DNA of 64,000 nt from Microbacterium sp. (GTDB taxonomy: Bacteria; Actinomycetota; Actinomycetes; Actinomycetales; Microbacteriaceae). The notes beneath the pieces were generated by a model, which was not told the DNA's origin, did no database searches, and saw only the letters and a list, made by a program, of their open reading frames with translations. This document shows positions 19,654 through 28,595 of the stretch, one piece after another. Location of the stretch: assembly GCF_047605725.1 (NCBI RefSeq), contig NZ_JASGFE010000003.1, positions 13,683-77,682 of the forward strand, in the 5' to 3' direction. The translations under genes were made by a program, and so were the position numbers. Every line of letters starts with the position of its first letter. The first letter of the stretch is position 1.

Positions 19654-20022
19654 CTATGCGGCGGAGATGTTGGAGCCGCCGCGCCGAGACCTCAGCAGGG
19701 CGAGCCGCTCCTCGAGGAGCTCTTCGAGCTCGGGGATCGTACGCCGCTCCAGCAGCATGTCCCAGTGGGTGCGCGGGGCCTTGTCGCCGGAGTGGTCCAC
19801 CTCGACGACCGTGCCGTCCACCCGCAGCACAGCCTCTGCACCGCACGTGCGGCACTCCCATGCCTCGGGCACCTCGGCGTCGACCGCAAAGGTCAGGACG
19901 TTCTCGCGTCCGCACTGGGTGCATACGTACGTGTGCTTCGTACGCTCGTGAAAGACGACGCCTTCCTCGCTCTGTAGGCTGGAGGCGCCGAGTCGGATGC
20001 CGCGCAAGTTGCGATCTGCCAT
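19654..20022 (-). CDS. rbpA: RNA polymerase-binding protein RbpA
   Basis: MADRNLRG.RLGA, RTHWDMLLERRTIPELEELLEERL. Confidence 0.95.
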   Translation of the reverse strand: MADRNLRGIRLGASSLQSEEGVVFHERTKHTYVCTQCGRENVLTFAVDAEVPEAWECRTCGAEAVLRVDGTVVEVDHSGDKAPRTHWDMLLERRTIPELEELLEERLALLRSRRGGSNISAA

Positions 20023-20173
20023 TTTGTGGTCCTCTCGTCAGTCCTCAGGTATAACGCCGAGACCTGAGCACATCATCCGAACGCAGTCCGTGCATCGCCC
20101 TTTCACAGCCGATGCTCAGCGCCGGCCGGGAGCTTTCCGCCCGACACCTCGGATACCGGAACGACGCGGGATT

Positions 20174-20944
20174 TCAGAGGCGCGCACGGACCGTCGCGAG
20201 CGCCATGTCGGCGCGATCGGTGACGAGCCCGTCGACGCCCAGCTCGAGGAGCCGATGCATGTCGGCCGGCTCGTTCACCGTCCACACGTGCACCTCGACG
20301 CCGTGCCGGTGCACGGCCTGCACGAAGCCGCGGGTCACGATCGGCACGCCGTGCCGCTCGGGCACCTGCAGGGCGTCGACGCCGCGCAGCGCGCGCCCGA
20401 CGAGGGCGGAGGAGCGCGTGACCGCGGCCGCGAGCACGCGTGCGACGGTGGCGCTGCCCGCAGACGTCGCCGGCTCCCCGCCGAGCGCCCACGCCGCCTC
20501 CAGCGCGGTTCGCCGACGCTGATCCGAGAAGCTCGTGATCAGCACCCGGTCGGCGTGGCGGGCGGCGAGTCGACCGACCGGCACCGCCGCCGCGGGAACC
20601 TTCACGTCGAGGTTGAACCTCAGGGTCGGGAACGCCGTGAGCGCTTGGGCCAGAGTGACCAGGCCCCCGCAGTCGGCCATGAGGCGTTCCAGCTCACCCG
20701 CGCCCACCTCGGACACCGGGCGGGGATCGCCGAGGACGCGGCCGAGGTCTGCGTCGTGGACGAGCACGACCTCGCCGTCGGCGGTCAGGTGGCAGTCGGA
20801 CTCGACGTACACCGCGCCGAGCGCGTGCGCGGCCGCGAACGCGGCGAACGAGTTCTCGACGACCTCACGGGCCTCGGGTGGGACGAAGCCGCGGTGGGCG
20901 AGCACCCGCGGACGAGCGGATGCGCGGAACCAGGGATGGGTCAC
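20174..20944 (-). CDS. Glycerophosphodiester phosphodiesterase family
   Basis: AHRG, ENS, ESDCH, HD, VHVWTVN, GVDGLVTD motifs. Confidence 0.9.
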   Translation of the reverse strand: MTHPWFRASARPRVLAHRGFVPPEAREVVENSFAAFAAAHALGAVYVESDCHLTADGEVVLVHDADLGRVLGDPRPVSEVGAGELERLMADCGGLVTLAQALTAFPTLRFNLDVKVPAAAVPVGRLAARHADRVLITSFSDQRRRTALEAAWALGGEPATSAGSATVARVLAAAVTRSSALVGRALRGVDALQVPERHGVPIVTRGFVQAVHRHGVEVHVWTVNEPADMHRLLELGVDGLVTDRADMALATVRARL

Positions 20945-21900
20945 TCGTGCGCAGACGGCGCGGCCGGGGGAGTGCCGGGCGAGTCGGAGTCGGCGGCATC
21001 CGTCCCCTTGCCGGTGAAACCGGCGCTCAGGCCCTTGAGCGCCTCGGTGAACTCGCTCGGGATGATCCAGAGCTTGCTCGAGGCGCTCTCACTGATCTTC
21101 GGGAGCGTCAGGAGGTATTGGTAGGCGAGCAGCTTCTCGTCCGGTTTGCCGGCGTGGATCGCATCGAACACCGTCTGGATCGCGGTCGCCTCGCCCTCCG
21201 CCTTGAGGATCGCGGCCTGCTTCTCGCCCTCGGCGCGAAGGATGTCGGCCTGGCGGCGGCCCTCGGCCTCGAGGATCTGAGACTGCTTCGATCCCTCGGC
21301 GGTGAGGATCACCGCGCGGCGGTCGCGCTCGGCGCGCATCTGCTTCTCCATCGAGTCCTGGATGGAGTGCGGCGGGTCGATCGCCTTCAGCTCCACGCGG
21401 GAGACGCGGATGCCCCACTTGCCGGTGGCCTCGTCGAGGACGATGCGCAGCTGCCCGTTGATCTCGTCGCGGCTGGTGAGCGCCTCTTCGAGGTTCAGCC
21501 CGCCGACGACGTTGCGGAGGGTCGTCGTGGTCAGCTGCTCGACGGCGCCGAGATAGTTCGCGATCTCGTACGTCGCCGCACGGGCGTCGGTGACCTGGAA
21601 GTACACGACGGTGTCGATGGAGACCACCAGGTTGTCCTCGGTGATGACCGGCTGGGGCGGGAAAGAGACCACCTGCTCACGCATGTCGACGAGCGGGCGG
21701 AGCCGGTCGATGAAGGGCACCAGGAGGTTCAGTCCCGGGCTCAGCGTGCGCTGGTAGCGGCCGAGCCGCTCCACGACGCCGGTGTAGGCCTGCGGGATGA
21801 TGCGGATCGCTCGGAAGAGCACGATCACCACGAAGACGGCGATGACCACCAGCAGGACGATGACGAAGATCCGGCCCGCGAGGGCCCCCAGCTCAACCAT
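20941..21900 (-). CDS. SPFH/band 7 (stomatin-like) protein
   Basis: VVERLGRY, PPQPVITEDN, KQMRAERDRRA. Confidence 0.92.
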   Translation of the reverse strand: MVELGALAGRIFVIVLLVVIAVFVVIVLFRAIRIIPQAYTGVVERLGRYQRTLSPGLNLLVPFIDRLRPLVDMREQVVSFPPQPVITEDNLVVSIDTVVYFQVTDARAATYEIANYLGAVEQLTTTTLRNVVGGLNLEEALTSRDEINGQLRIVLDEATGKWGIRVSRVELKAIDPPHSIQDSMEKQMRAERDRRAVILTAEGSKQSQILEAEGRRQADILRAEGEKQAAILKAEGEATAIQTVFDAIHAGKPDEKLLAYQYLLTLPKISESASSKLWIIPSEFTEALKGLSAGFTGKGTDAADSDSPGTPPAAPSAHE

Positions 21901-22372
21901 GGTCGGTGCTCCTTTCCGCGACGACCTCGACAGTGGCCCCGTGCACGGCCTGCACGACGACGCGGGACCCCACGTCGACGCCGACCCCGTCGCCGGACAG
22001 TCGCGCCGTCCAGGTCTCTCCGTTGTCGAGCTTGACCGATCCCGCGCCGTCGACGAACGGCGCCACGACCCGTGCGCCGATGCCGTAGAGGGCGTCGACG
22101 TTGGTGGGGATGAGCGCGCTGCTGCGGTGCAGGGCGCGCAGCAGCAGAGGACGGATCGTGAACAGCAGGAGCGCCGATGTCGCCGCCGCCGCGAGCACCT
22201 GGAACCACCAGGCCCCGCCGAGAAGATTGACGCCGAGCCCGCCGATCAGCGATCCGGCACCGAGCATGAGGAACGTGAGCTCGAGCGTGAGAAGCTCGAC
22301 CACCAGGAACAGCACGGCCAACGACAGCCATGCGATCCAGAGGAACGGGGTCAGATCCGGCAGCACGGCCAC
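21893..22372 (-). CDS. NfeD family protein
   Basis: Hydrophobic N-terminus plus OB-fold (G.VKL..GETWTAR); paired with SPFH gene. Confidence 0.85.
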   Translation of the reverse strand: MAVLPDLTPFLWIAWLSLAVLFLVVELLTLELTFLMLGAGSLIGGLGVNLLGGAWWFQVLAAAATSALLLFTIRPLLLRALHRSSALIPTNVDALYGIGARVVAPFVDGAGSVKLDNGETWTARLSGDGVGVDVGSRVVVQAVHGATVEVVAERSTDHG

Positions 22373-22488
22373 TCCCTCCTGCAGCTGTCCTCGAACCCTA
22401 ACATCCGGTGCGGACAGGCGGTCCGATAGGCTCGGAACGGACCCACGGCACGCCGGGTCCGTCCCCGAACGCCTCAGGAGCGACCTCC

Positions 22489-23253
22489 ATGTCCCAGCCT
22501 CTGCCCGCCGGCGCTCTCGCCGGGAAGACCGCGCTCGTCACCGGCTCCTCGCGGGGCATCGGCGCCGACACCGTGCGCTACTTCGCCCAGGCCGGTGCGA
22601 ACGTCGTGATCAACTTCCGCAACAAGGCCCCCCGCGCCGAGAAGCTCGCCGCCGAGCTGCGCGGCCTCGGCGTCCAGGTGCTCGTCGTGGGCGCGGACCT
22701 CACCGATCCGGTGTCCGTCCAGGAGATGTTCCGCGCCGTCGAGGAGGTCTTCGGCTGCCTCGACATCCTCGTGCTCAACGCCTCGGGCGGCATGGAGGGC
22801 GGCATGGCTGAGGACTACGCCCTCAAGCTCAACCGCGACGCGCAGGTGAACGTGCTCGAGACCGCTCTGCCGCTTCTCGGTGACGGATCGCGCGTCGTGT
22901 TCGTCACGAGCCACCAGGCACACTTCATCCGCACCACCCCGACGATGGACGCGTACGTCCCCGTCGCGCTCTCCAAGCGCGCCGGGGAGGACGCGCTGCG
23001 TGAGCGCATCCCGGCTCTGGAGGAACGCGGCATCGGCTTCGTCGTCGTCTCCGGTGACATGATCGAGGGGACGATCACGGCCACGCTCCTGGAGCGGGTG
23101 AACCCGGGCGCGATCGCGTCGCGCCGGGAGTCGGCCGGGAAGCTCTACAACGTGTCGGAGTTCGCCGCCGAGGTCGCTCAGGCCGCGGTCGACCCGGTGC
23201 CCGCGGACCACACGCGCCTCGTCGGCGACACGAGCTCGTTCGCGGGGGAGTAG
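22489..23253 (+). CDS. SDR family oxidoreductase
   Basis: ALVTGSSRGIG, LDILVLNASG, Y...ALSK. Confidence 0.88.
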   Translation: MSQPLPAGALAGKTALVTGSSRGIGADTVRYFAQAGANVVINFRNKAPRAEKLAAELRGLGVQVLVVGADLTDPVSVQEMFRAVEEVFGCLDILVLNASGGMEGGMAEDYALKLNRDAQVNVLETALPLLGDGSRVVFVTSHQAHFIRTTPTMDAYVPVALSKRAGEDALRERIPALEERGIGFVVVSGDMIEGTITATLLERVNPGAIASRRESAGKLYNVSEFAAEVAQAAVDPVPADHTRLVGDTSSFAGE

Positions 23254-23266
23254 GTCCCGGAGCTTC

Positions 23267-23815
23267 CTACCTGCCGAACGTGAACGCTCGGATGAGCTGG
23301 ACGAGTCCGGTCGCGACGGCGGAGGTGCCGAGGAGCCACCACAACACCACCGCACCCCACAACGGGGAGAACAGCAGCATGACGCCCGCGAGGATCGTCA
23401 GGGACGCGAAGAAGACCGTCCAGCCCTTGGACGTGGCATCCGCCAGCGTCGACAGAGAGACGACGCCCTCGACCAGCCACACGATGCCGACCATCACGCC
23501 GATGAAAATGCCGAACCACTCGGTTGCGGCGGGCAGGTTCGTGAAGGCCACCACGCCGGCGATCACATAGAGCACGCCGAGCACGATGTGTCCGGTGCGC
23601 GACCAGCCGCTCTTCGACCGCGAGAATATTCCAAGACCGGCATATACCAGGCCCGCCGCGATGGCGTAGATGGCGACGATCGAGACCGCGACGAACGCCG
23701 TCCGTGCGGGCCAGACCAGGATCAGGATGCCGAGGATGAGCGACAGGACCCCGCCGATGCCGAGGGCGGTGCGGATGCCGTTCACAACGGACTTGTCGAC
23801 GGCGAACTCGGACAT
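23267..23815 (-). CDS. HdeD/DUF308 family membrane protein
   Basis: Repeated G....LGIL.L.WP hydrophobic hairpins, about 182 aa. Confidence 0.8.
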   Translation of the reverse strand: MSEFAVDKSVVNGIRTALGIGGVLSLILGILILVWPARTAFVAVSIVAIYAIAAGLVYAGLGIFSRSKSGWSRTGHIVLGVLYVIAGVVAFTNLPAATEWFGIFIGVMVGIVWLVEGVVSLSTLADATSKGWTVFFASLTILAGVMLLFSPLWGAVVLWWLLGTSAVATGLVQLIRAFTFGR

Positions 23816-24147
23816 GATGCGTCCCCTTCTTCGGAAGCGGCTGGTGGCCGGATTCCAGCGTAGACCGGGGCGGATCGCGCACGCGGACGCGACGCCGTAT
23901 CGGCATGTCTTCGAGGTGCGGCGCCCGGCGGCCGCTCCGGGGGGAGGGGGAGGGGGACGACCGCCGGGCGCGAGAGGAGGGGATTGTCCGCACCTCGATT
24001 CTACGCGCCGCACCGTGGACGCGGCAGGGGTGGGTCGCGCGTCGGCGCCGTGCGCGGAGCGCACTCGCTTGGAGCGGCCTGGCGTGAGTGCGGAGCGGGC
24101 TTCTTCCTCACCGACCCGCTTTCTTCCTCGCGAGGTAGAATCGGGTT

Positions 24148-24402
24148 GTGGCGCTGAACATCAAGGACCCCGAGACCGACCGCATCGCCCGAGAGCTGGC
24201 TGCGGCGACGGGGGAGAGCATCACGGTTGCGGCACGCATCGCGTTGGAACAGCGTCTTCGGCGGGTGCGCGCACGTGCCGAAGAGCACGCTGTCCGAGAC
24301 GAGCTCGAGGCGATCATCGCGCGCGGGCAGCGCCGGCATGTGATCGATGACAGCTCCGCCGAGACGATCATCGGCTACGACGAGCATGGGCTTCCGGCCT
24401 GA
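24148..24402 (+). CDS. vapB: VapB antitoxin (Rv0623-like)
   Basis: MALNIKDPETDRIARELAAATGESIT...IIGYDEHGLP. Confidence 0.9.
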   Translation: MALNIKDPETDRIARELAAATGESITVAARIALEQRLRRVRARAEEHAVRDELEAIIARGQRRHVIDDSSAETIIGYDEHGLPA

Positions 24403-24800
24403 TGGCCATCGTGGTTGACACCTCCGCCCTCGCGGCGGTCGTCTTCGGCGAGTCGGACGCGAGGGCGTACGCCTCGGTTCTCGCCGCGCAGACAGGCGAC
24501 GTCAGTGTCAGCGCGGCAACCCTCGTCGAGGCTCGTATCGTCATCCACGGTCGTCAGGGCGTCGAGGCGGCTCGAGACCTCGAGCTGCTGCTGACACGGA
24601 TCTCGGCCCAGATCGTCGCCGTCGATGAGACGCAGGCCGATCTGGCGGTCGCCGCCTGGCAACGGTTCGGCAATGGGCGACACGAAGCCGGTCTGAACTT
24701 CGGCGACTGCTTCTCCTACGCACTGTCGAAGCAGCTCGGAGCGCCCCTGCTCTACAAAGGCGACGACTTCGCTCGCACGGACGTCGCGTCGGCTCTCTGA
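24402..24800 (+). CDS. vapC: VapC PIN-domain toxin
   Basis: IVVDTSAL, TLVE, LNFGDCFSYA, LLYKGDDF. Confidence 0.92.
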   Translation: MAIVVDTSALAAVVFGESDARAYASVLAAQTGDVSVSAATLVEARIVIHGRQGVEAARDLELLLTRISAQIVAVDETQADLAVAAWQRFGNGRHEAGLNFGDCFSYALSKQLGAPLLYKGDDFARTDVASAL

Positions 24801-25142
24801 TACGGCTTCCACCGGCTCATCGGCGGCAGCGTCGAACTGGGAGAGACCCACCACGAGGCGATCGTCCGCGAGGTCGACGAGGAGCTCGGCGCGCGCATCC
24901 TCGACCTCGTCCACCTCGGTGTGGTCGAGAACATCTTCCGCATCGACGGAGAGCTCGGTCACGAGCTCGTCGCTCTGTACACCGGCCGATTGGTGCCTGC
25001 ACCTGCCGACGAGGGGGGAACGCTCACCGAGTCGGACGGCTCTGTCGTCCCCGTCGTGTGGCGGCCGTTCGACGATGCCGGGCTGGCCGAGCCGCTGTAC
25101 CCAGCCGCTGCGAACGAGTGGCTCCGCGACCTGTGCCGGTAG
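24801..25142 (+). pseudogene. 5'-truncated Nudix hydrolase, in frame with vapC
   Basis: After the vapC TGA the same frame reads YGFHRLIGGSVELGETHHEAIVREVDEELG (Nudix box GX5EX7REUXEEXG); no start codon upstream of the box. Confidence 0.75.
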
Positions 25143-25152
25143 GCCCGACGGT

Positions 25153-25419
25153 TCATCGTCGCCGGTAGACGTCCGCGCGATGGTCGACATGGATCACGAT
25201 GACGCGGACTTCCTCGTCATCGATCTCGTAGAGGATGCGGTACGGCCCGCGCCGAGCGCTGTAGAGACCGGCAAGCTCGCGTTCGAGGCGCTTACCGACT
25301 CTCTGGGGATTCCGCGCAAGCTCGCCGTAGACGAACTCCACGACCGCAGGAACGATCCGCGCCGGAATGCGCTGAAGGTCGCGAACCGCCGTAGAGGCGA
25401 AGACGACCTCATAGCTCAT
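25153..25419 (-). CDS. RelE/ParE family toxin
   Basis: MSYEVVF...A.RDL..., YSARRGPYRILYEID...HRADVY; ATGA overlap with antitoxin. Confidence 0.88.
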   Translation of the reverse strand: MSYEVVFASTAVRDLQRIPARIVPAVVEFVYGELARNPQRVGKRLERELAGLYSARRGPYRILYEIDDEEVRVIVIHVDHRADVYRRR

Positions 25420-25694
25420 CGCTTGGGGATCCCGAATTGCTCGCGGATCTCGTGCTCGGTGAAACCGCCACCTGAGGCGATCTCCTCCCGAGCCGCGTTG
25501 ATGTCCGCGGTGAGGTCCGCGCCCTGGCTCAGCCAGTAGACCCGCTCCTGCAACTCCTCCCACTCGTCGATCCCGACGAGCATCGCTGCCGGCGATCCGT
25601 TGACGGTGATGGCGATCTCATCGCGTGTCTTCCCAGCCGCCTCTACGAGTTCGCTGAGGCGAGCTTTGACCGAGGAGATGGGCAACGTCTGCAT
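25416..25694 (-). CDS. Phd/YefM family antitoxin
   Basis: ISSVKARLSELVE...IAITVNGSPAAMLV...EWEELQE. Confidence 0.9.
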   Translation of the reverse strand: MQTLPISSVKARLSELVEAAGKTRDEIAITVNGSPAAMLVGIDEWEELQERVYWLSQGADLTADINAAREEIASGGGFTEHEIREQFGIPKR

Positions 25695-25700
25695 GATCTC

Positions 25701-25728
25701 ATTATGGTCCGAATTCTGGTCTGGTCAA
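25701..25728 (-). promoter_or_regulatory. Promoter of the phd-relE pair (probably leaderless)
   Basis: TTGACC-N16-CATAAT, 6 nt before the ATG at 25694. Confidence 0.55.
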
Positions 25729-25770
25729 GACGCTCATCTCGTCAATGGGATCGCGCGTAACGCTGAGCGT

Positions 25771-25838
25771 CGAGTCACTGCTCCTTGTTCGAGTCACTGT
25801 GTTCGTGCACAGTGACTCGAAGATTGGGCAGTGACCGG
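25771..25838. repeat. 68-bp palindromic element with tandem CGAGTCACTG arms (family B)
   Basis: CGAGTCACTG at 25771 and 25790, CAGTGACTCG at 25810, CAGTGACCGG at 25829. Confidence 0.85.
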
Positions 25839-26040
25839 ACAACGCGGACAGTGCCTCGATCGTGGGCGACGCCGATCGTGAGCGAGGTCGGATCCGATAG
25901 CCGATAATGCACATTATGTCTATAAAGTTCACGAGTTGGTAACGGAGAATACTTGCGCGTATCCAGCCACAACGGGCTACCTGGTCTCAGCGAGCCGCAA
26001 TGGCTGCGGGCACCCGAATCGCTTGATGAAAGGTGCAATC

Positions 26041-26649
26041 ATGACAGGTCGACGTACGTTAGCTGCTCTACTCGCGATAAGCGCGCTTGTGCTCATCCCC
26101 TCGACCGTGGCGGCGGCCGCGTCAGAGGATGAGTCCTCCGATGCCACCACCTATATGCCGATGGTGGCGCGAGGATTCGACGCGGAGGTCGCAGAAAAGA
26201 ACGGATTCCGAATCGTCACGAACGAGGACGGTTCTCAGCAGTCGATCCCCGTGACGGAGAAGGCCGCCGCGCTGCTCGCTGACGGTGAGCGCCTCCGCGC
26301 CGCCGCTCAGGGAACAGATGCGGCGCGAGCAGGCGGTGACTGCGGTACATCGTGGCTGTCAGGATCGAAGCTGGCCAACGACACCGTCGGTTTCACGACC
26401 GGATTCCAGGTCTACCTTGCGGTGTATGAACACGACTGGAAGGTGATCGCCACCGGGTTCTGGACTGGCGGAAACTGGACTACCAGCGGCTCTGGCCCTG
26501 TCTCCGGTTACAAGAACTGGCAGAGTGCCATCTACAACGTCGTGGGGCCTGGCATTGCTGGCGTTCCCTCGTACTCGTCCTCAGCCGCAGCCATCCTCGT
26601 CGACGGAACGGTGTGCTACTCGACGGGCCCCTCGTTCGCATTCGGGTGA
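26041..26649 (+). CDS. Secreted hypothetical protein
   Basis: GAAAGG RBS, signal peptide MTGRRTLAALLAISALVLIPSTVAAA, two Cys. Confidence 0.7.
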   Translation: MTGRRTLAALLAISALVLIPSTVAAAASEDESSDATTYMPMVARGFDAEVAEKNGFRIVTNEDGSQQSIPVTEKAAALLADGERLRAAAQGTDAARAGGDCGTSWLSGSKLANDTVGFTTGFQVYLAVYEHDWKVIATGFWTGGNWTTSGSGPVSGYKNWQSAIYNVVGPGIAGVPSYSSSAAAILVDGTVCYSTGPSFAFG

Positions 26650-26675
26650 CTCCAACGTCGGGTGAGAACGCCGGA

Positions 26676-26936
26676 TCAAGCTGGCGTCCTCACCCGATCG
26701 ACGTCGTCGTCCCCCTCCCCGTACTGCACGAACGTGATCCCAATCTGAGTCCCCCGGTCGACTTCCGAACCAGGGATGCGATCCTGCGTCTCCACCAGGA
26801 ACAGACCGGGCCACGTGCGCGACCTCAGCCCGGGGCCATCAGGGTCGCCGCTGGCCAGACTCAGACCCAGGCCGGCTGCAACTTCCTGAGCGATATCAAC
26901 GGGCTGTCCAACCAGATCCGGAACAGTTACGCGCAT
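26676..26936 (-). CDS. Small PASTA-domain-like protein
   Basis: VTVPDLVGQPV..A......GL and V.TQ...PG..V..GT.I pattern; GGAAGGGAG RBS. Confidence 0.65.
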   Translation of the reverse strand: MRVTVPDLVGQPVDIAQEVAAGLGLSLASGDPDGPGLRSRTWPGLFLVETQDRIPGSEVDRGTQIGITFVQYGEGDDDVDRVRTPA

Positions 26937-27232
26937 CGTTTCTCCCTTCCAACTATCTGTGAGAGAATTCGAACAGACGAGCAGTCCTCTGTCCAGACCA
27001 TTTTCGCTGTCGGCCAAAGAAGACCACCTCCCGCCTCATCCTCGAGGCCGAGACCGCGGGTTAACGTCGGTCGGTGCGCGGATTCAGTAGTGGAGAGAGC
27101 GCGGCCGGTCCAGAGTAGCCATCAGCGACCGCGAGGGTGCCGTCACAGCGGCGATAGTAGGCCGCGCGGCCTCCGAGCCAAGCCAGGAAGTCCGCGCCAG
27201 CAATGTCGTAGCGGATGTAGCCGTTCCGACGG

Positions 27233-27730
27233 GTGAACCCCGTGGTTGAGGATGCCGCCGCGAGAGGTTCTGGAGCCTCTGAGATACCGGTCGTGACGGG
27301 GTCTCGGCGGACCTGGAGCACGTTCGGACCGCGTACAGGCCTGATCATCGTCGGCACGGTGCTGCTCCTACTGGTGGGGACGACACTCGCAGCGGGACTG
27401 ACATCTGTCGCGGATGAAAGTGGTCAGTACACCTTGGTCTGGATTCCCATCCCGAACGAGAGCGGGCTCGATGGGCTCGTCGTCACACGCACGGCCGCCG
27501 GCACCCGGGTCGCGCCAGCCGCTGCCCGCCTTCCCCTCACCGTGACCCGTCAGATCCGGGAGCTGATCACGAATGCCGAAGCCACCGGAGCGAGCCCTGA
27601 CGACGTGATCGACGTGCTGCGCGTTATGTGGCGCACGACCGCCCACGGCGCTCCAGCACTCCTGAATGACGAGGGCGATGAAGATCGACCACTGTCTGCC
27701 GCCCTTCAGCCTTCATCGTCAAACCGGTGA
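27233..27730 (+). pseudogene. Probable chimeric ORF: membrane-protein N-terminus plus YtrA/GntR C-terminal half
   Basis: TM segment, then LDGLVVTRTAAGTRVA...IRELITNAEATGASPDDVIDVL resembling the GntR wing and dimer helices. Confidence 0.4.
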
Positions 27731-27745
27731 GCCCGCCACTCCACT

Positions 27746-27778
27746 TGCATCCCACTTTGGGATGCAGCACGGTACCAT
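27746..27778 (+). promoter_or_regulatory. Operator/promoter of mazEF-like pair
   Basis: Perfect 9-bp dyad TGCATCCCA-CTT-TGGGATGCA followed by -10 TACCAT, 6 nt before the ATG. Confidence 0.65.
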
Positions 27779-27784
27779 GTCAGC

Positions 27785-28027
27785 ATGAGTATTCAGATCG
27801 CTGTCCGGCTCCCCGATGACACTGTTGCTCGGCTCGACGAACTCGTTGCATCGGGCGACGCACCCAGCCGCACGGCGCTGGTATCGACAGCCATCGAGCG
27901 CGAGCTACGCCGTCGCGCCGCCGAGCGGGACCGCGCGATTCTCGAACGCGTGGGAGCGAGCGATGATCTCGACCCCCTCGTCGTGTGGGCGACCTCGCAG
28001 CCGCAGGTCGAGGACGACGATGCGTGA
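27785..28027 (+). CDS. RHH-type antitoxin (MazE3-like)
   Basis: QIAVRLPD..V..LD.LV..G.A.SR..LV..AIERELRR. Confidence 0.85.
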   Translation: MSIQIAVRLPDDTVARLDELVASGDAPSRTALVSTAIERELRRRAAERDRAILERVGASDDLDPLVVWATSQPQVEDDDA

Positions 28028-28328
28028 GATCTGCCTGGCACACGTCGACAAGACTCGACCGGTGCTCGTGCTGACCCGGGAACTGGCCCGTGGAGTCATG
28101 ACGAAGGTGACAGTTGCACCGATCACCGCAACCGTGAAGGGCCTCAGCAGTGAGGTGCCCGTGGGACGTGAGAACGGTCTCGATCATGACTGCGCCGTGT
28201 CGATCGACAACGTTCTGACGATACCGACCGCAAGGCTGGGCAGAACCATCGGGTTCCTCACAGACGCACAAGAAGCACTGCTCGCCCGCGCCGCAGTGCT
28301 GGCCTTCGACCTGGACATCCCCTCGTAG
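28020..28328 (+). CDS. mazF: MazF/PemK family endoribonuclease toxin (resembles mycobacterial MazF3)
   Basis: DKTRPVLVLTRE, VTVAPIT.TVKGL..EVPV...NGL, LGR.IG.L. Confidence 0.88.
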   Translation: MREICLAHVDKTRPVLVLTRELARGVMTKVTVAPITATVKGLSSEVPVGRENGLDHDCAVSIDNVLTIPTARLGRTIGFLTDAQEALLARAAVLAFDLDIPS

Positions 28329-28456
28329 TCGGTGCCGTCGGCAACCGTCGGGATGGGCTCGGCTCAGCCTGCCGATGGACAATCCGCCTGAGTACCGTCA
28401 GGGGCGCGGGCGGTCGTCGAGCGTCAGCTGCAAAGCTTACCGCACCCACTGAAGCG

Positions 28457-28517
28457 CGCGAGACCTCCCGTCTGCAACGTTTTCGAGGCTAAAGCGGTGC
28501 AGACGGGAGGTTTCGCG
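28457..28517. repeat. Palindromic intergenic element at the right border of the TA islet
   Basis: CGCGAGACCTCCCGTCTGCA...TGCAGACGGGAGGTTTCGCG (one mismatch in 20 bp). Confidence 0.8.
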
Positions 28518-28595
28518 ATGGCGGATGCTGCGGCGGTGAGCGTCGCGTGCGGCGGGGGCTTGACAGCCCACCCGGTGCCGCGCGAACCTCGGCGT

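Noticed and set aside
24798-24860. Selenocysteine recoding of the vapC TGA
   Set aside because: The TGA falls at the normal VapC C-terminus, not at a Cys-equivalent site, and no SECIS-like hairpin is evident.
25771-25838. CGAGTCACTG repeats as mini-CRISPR or iterons
   Set aside because: Only 10-bp units arranged as inverted arms with 9-bp gaps; no rep or cas gene nearby.
27061-27357. 98-aa minus-strand ORF in the TA islet
   Set aside because: No recognisable motif or RBS; overlaps another ORF; cannot be supported.
24148-28517. Prophage, ICE or true integron
   Set aside because: No integrase, transposase or phage gene, and no flanking att duplication or canonical attC (RYYYAAC...GTTRRRY) recognised.
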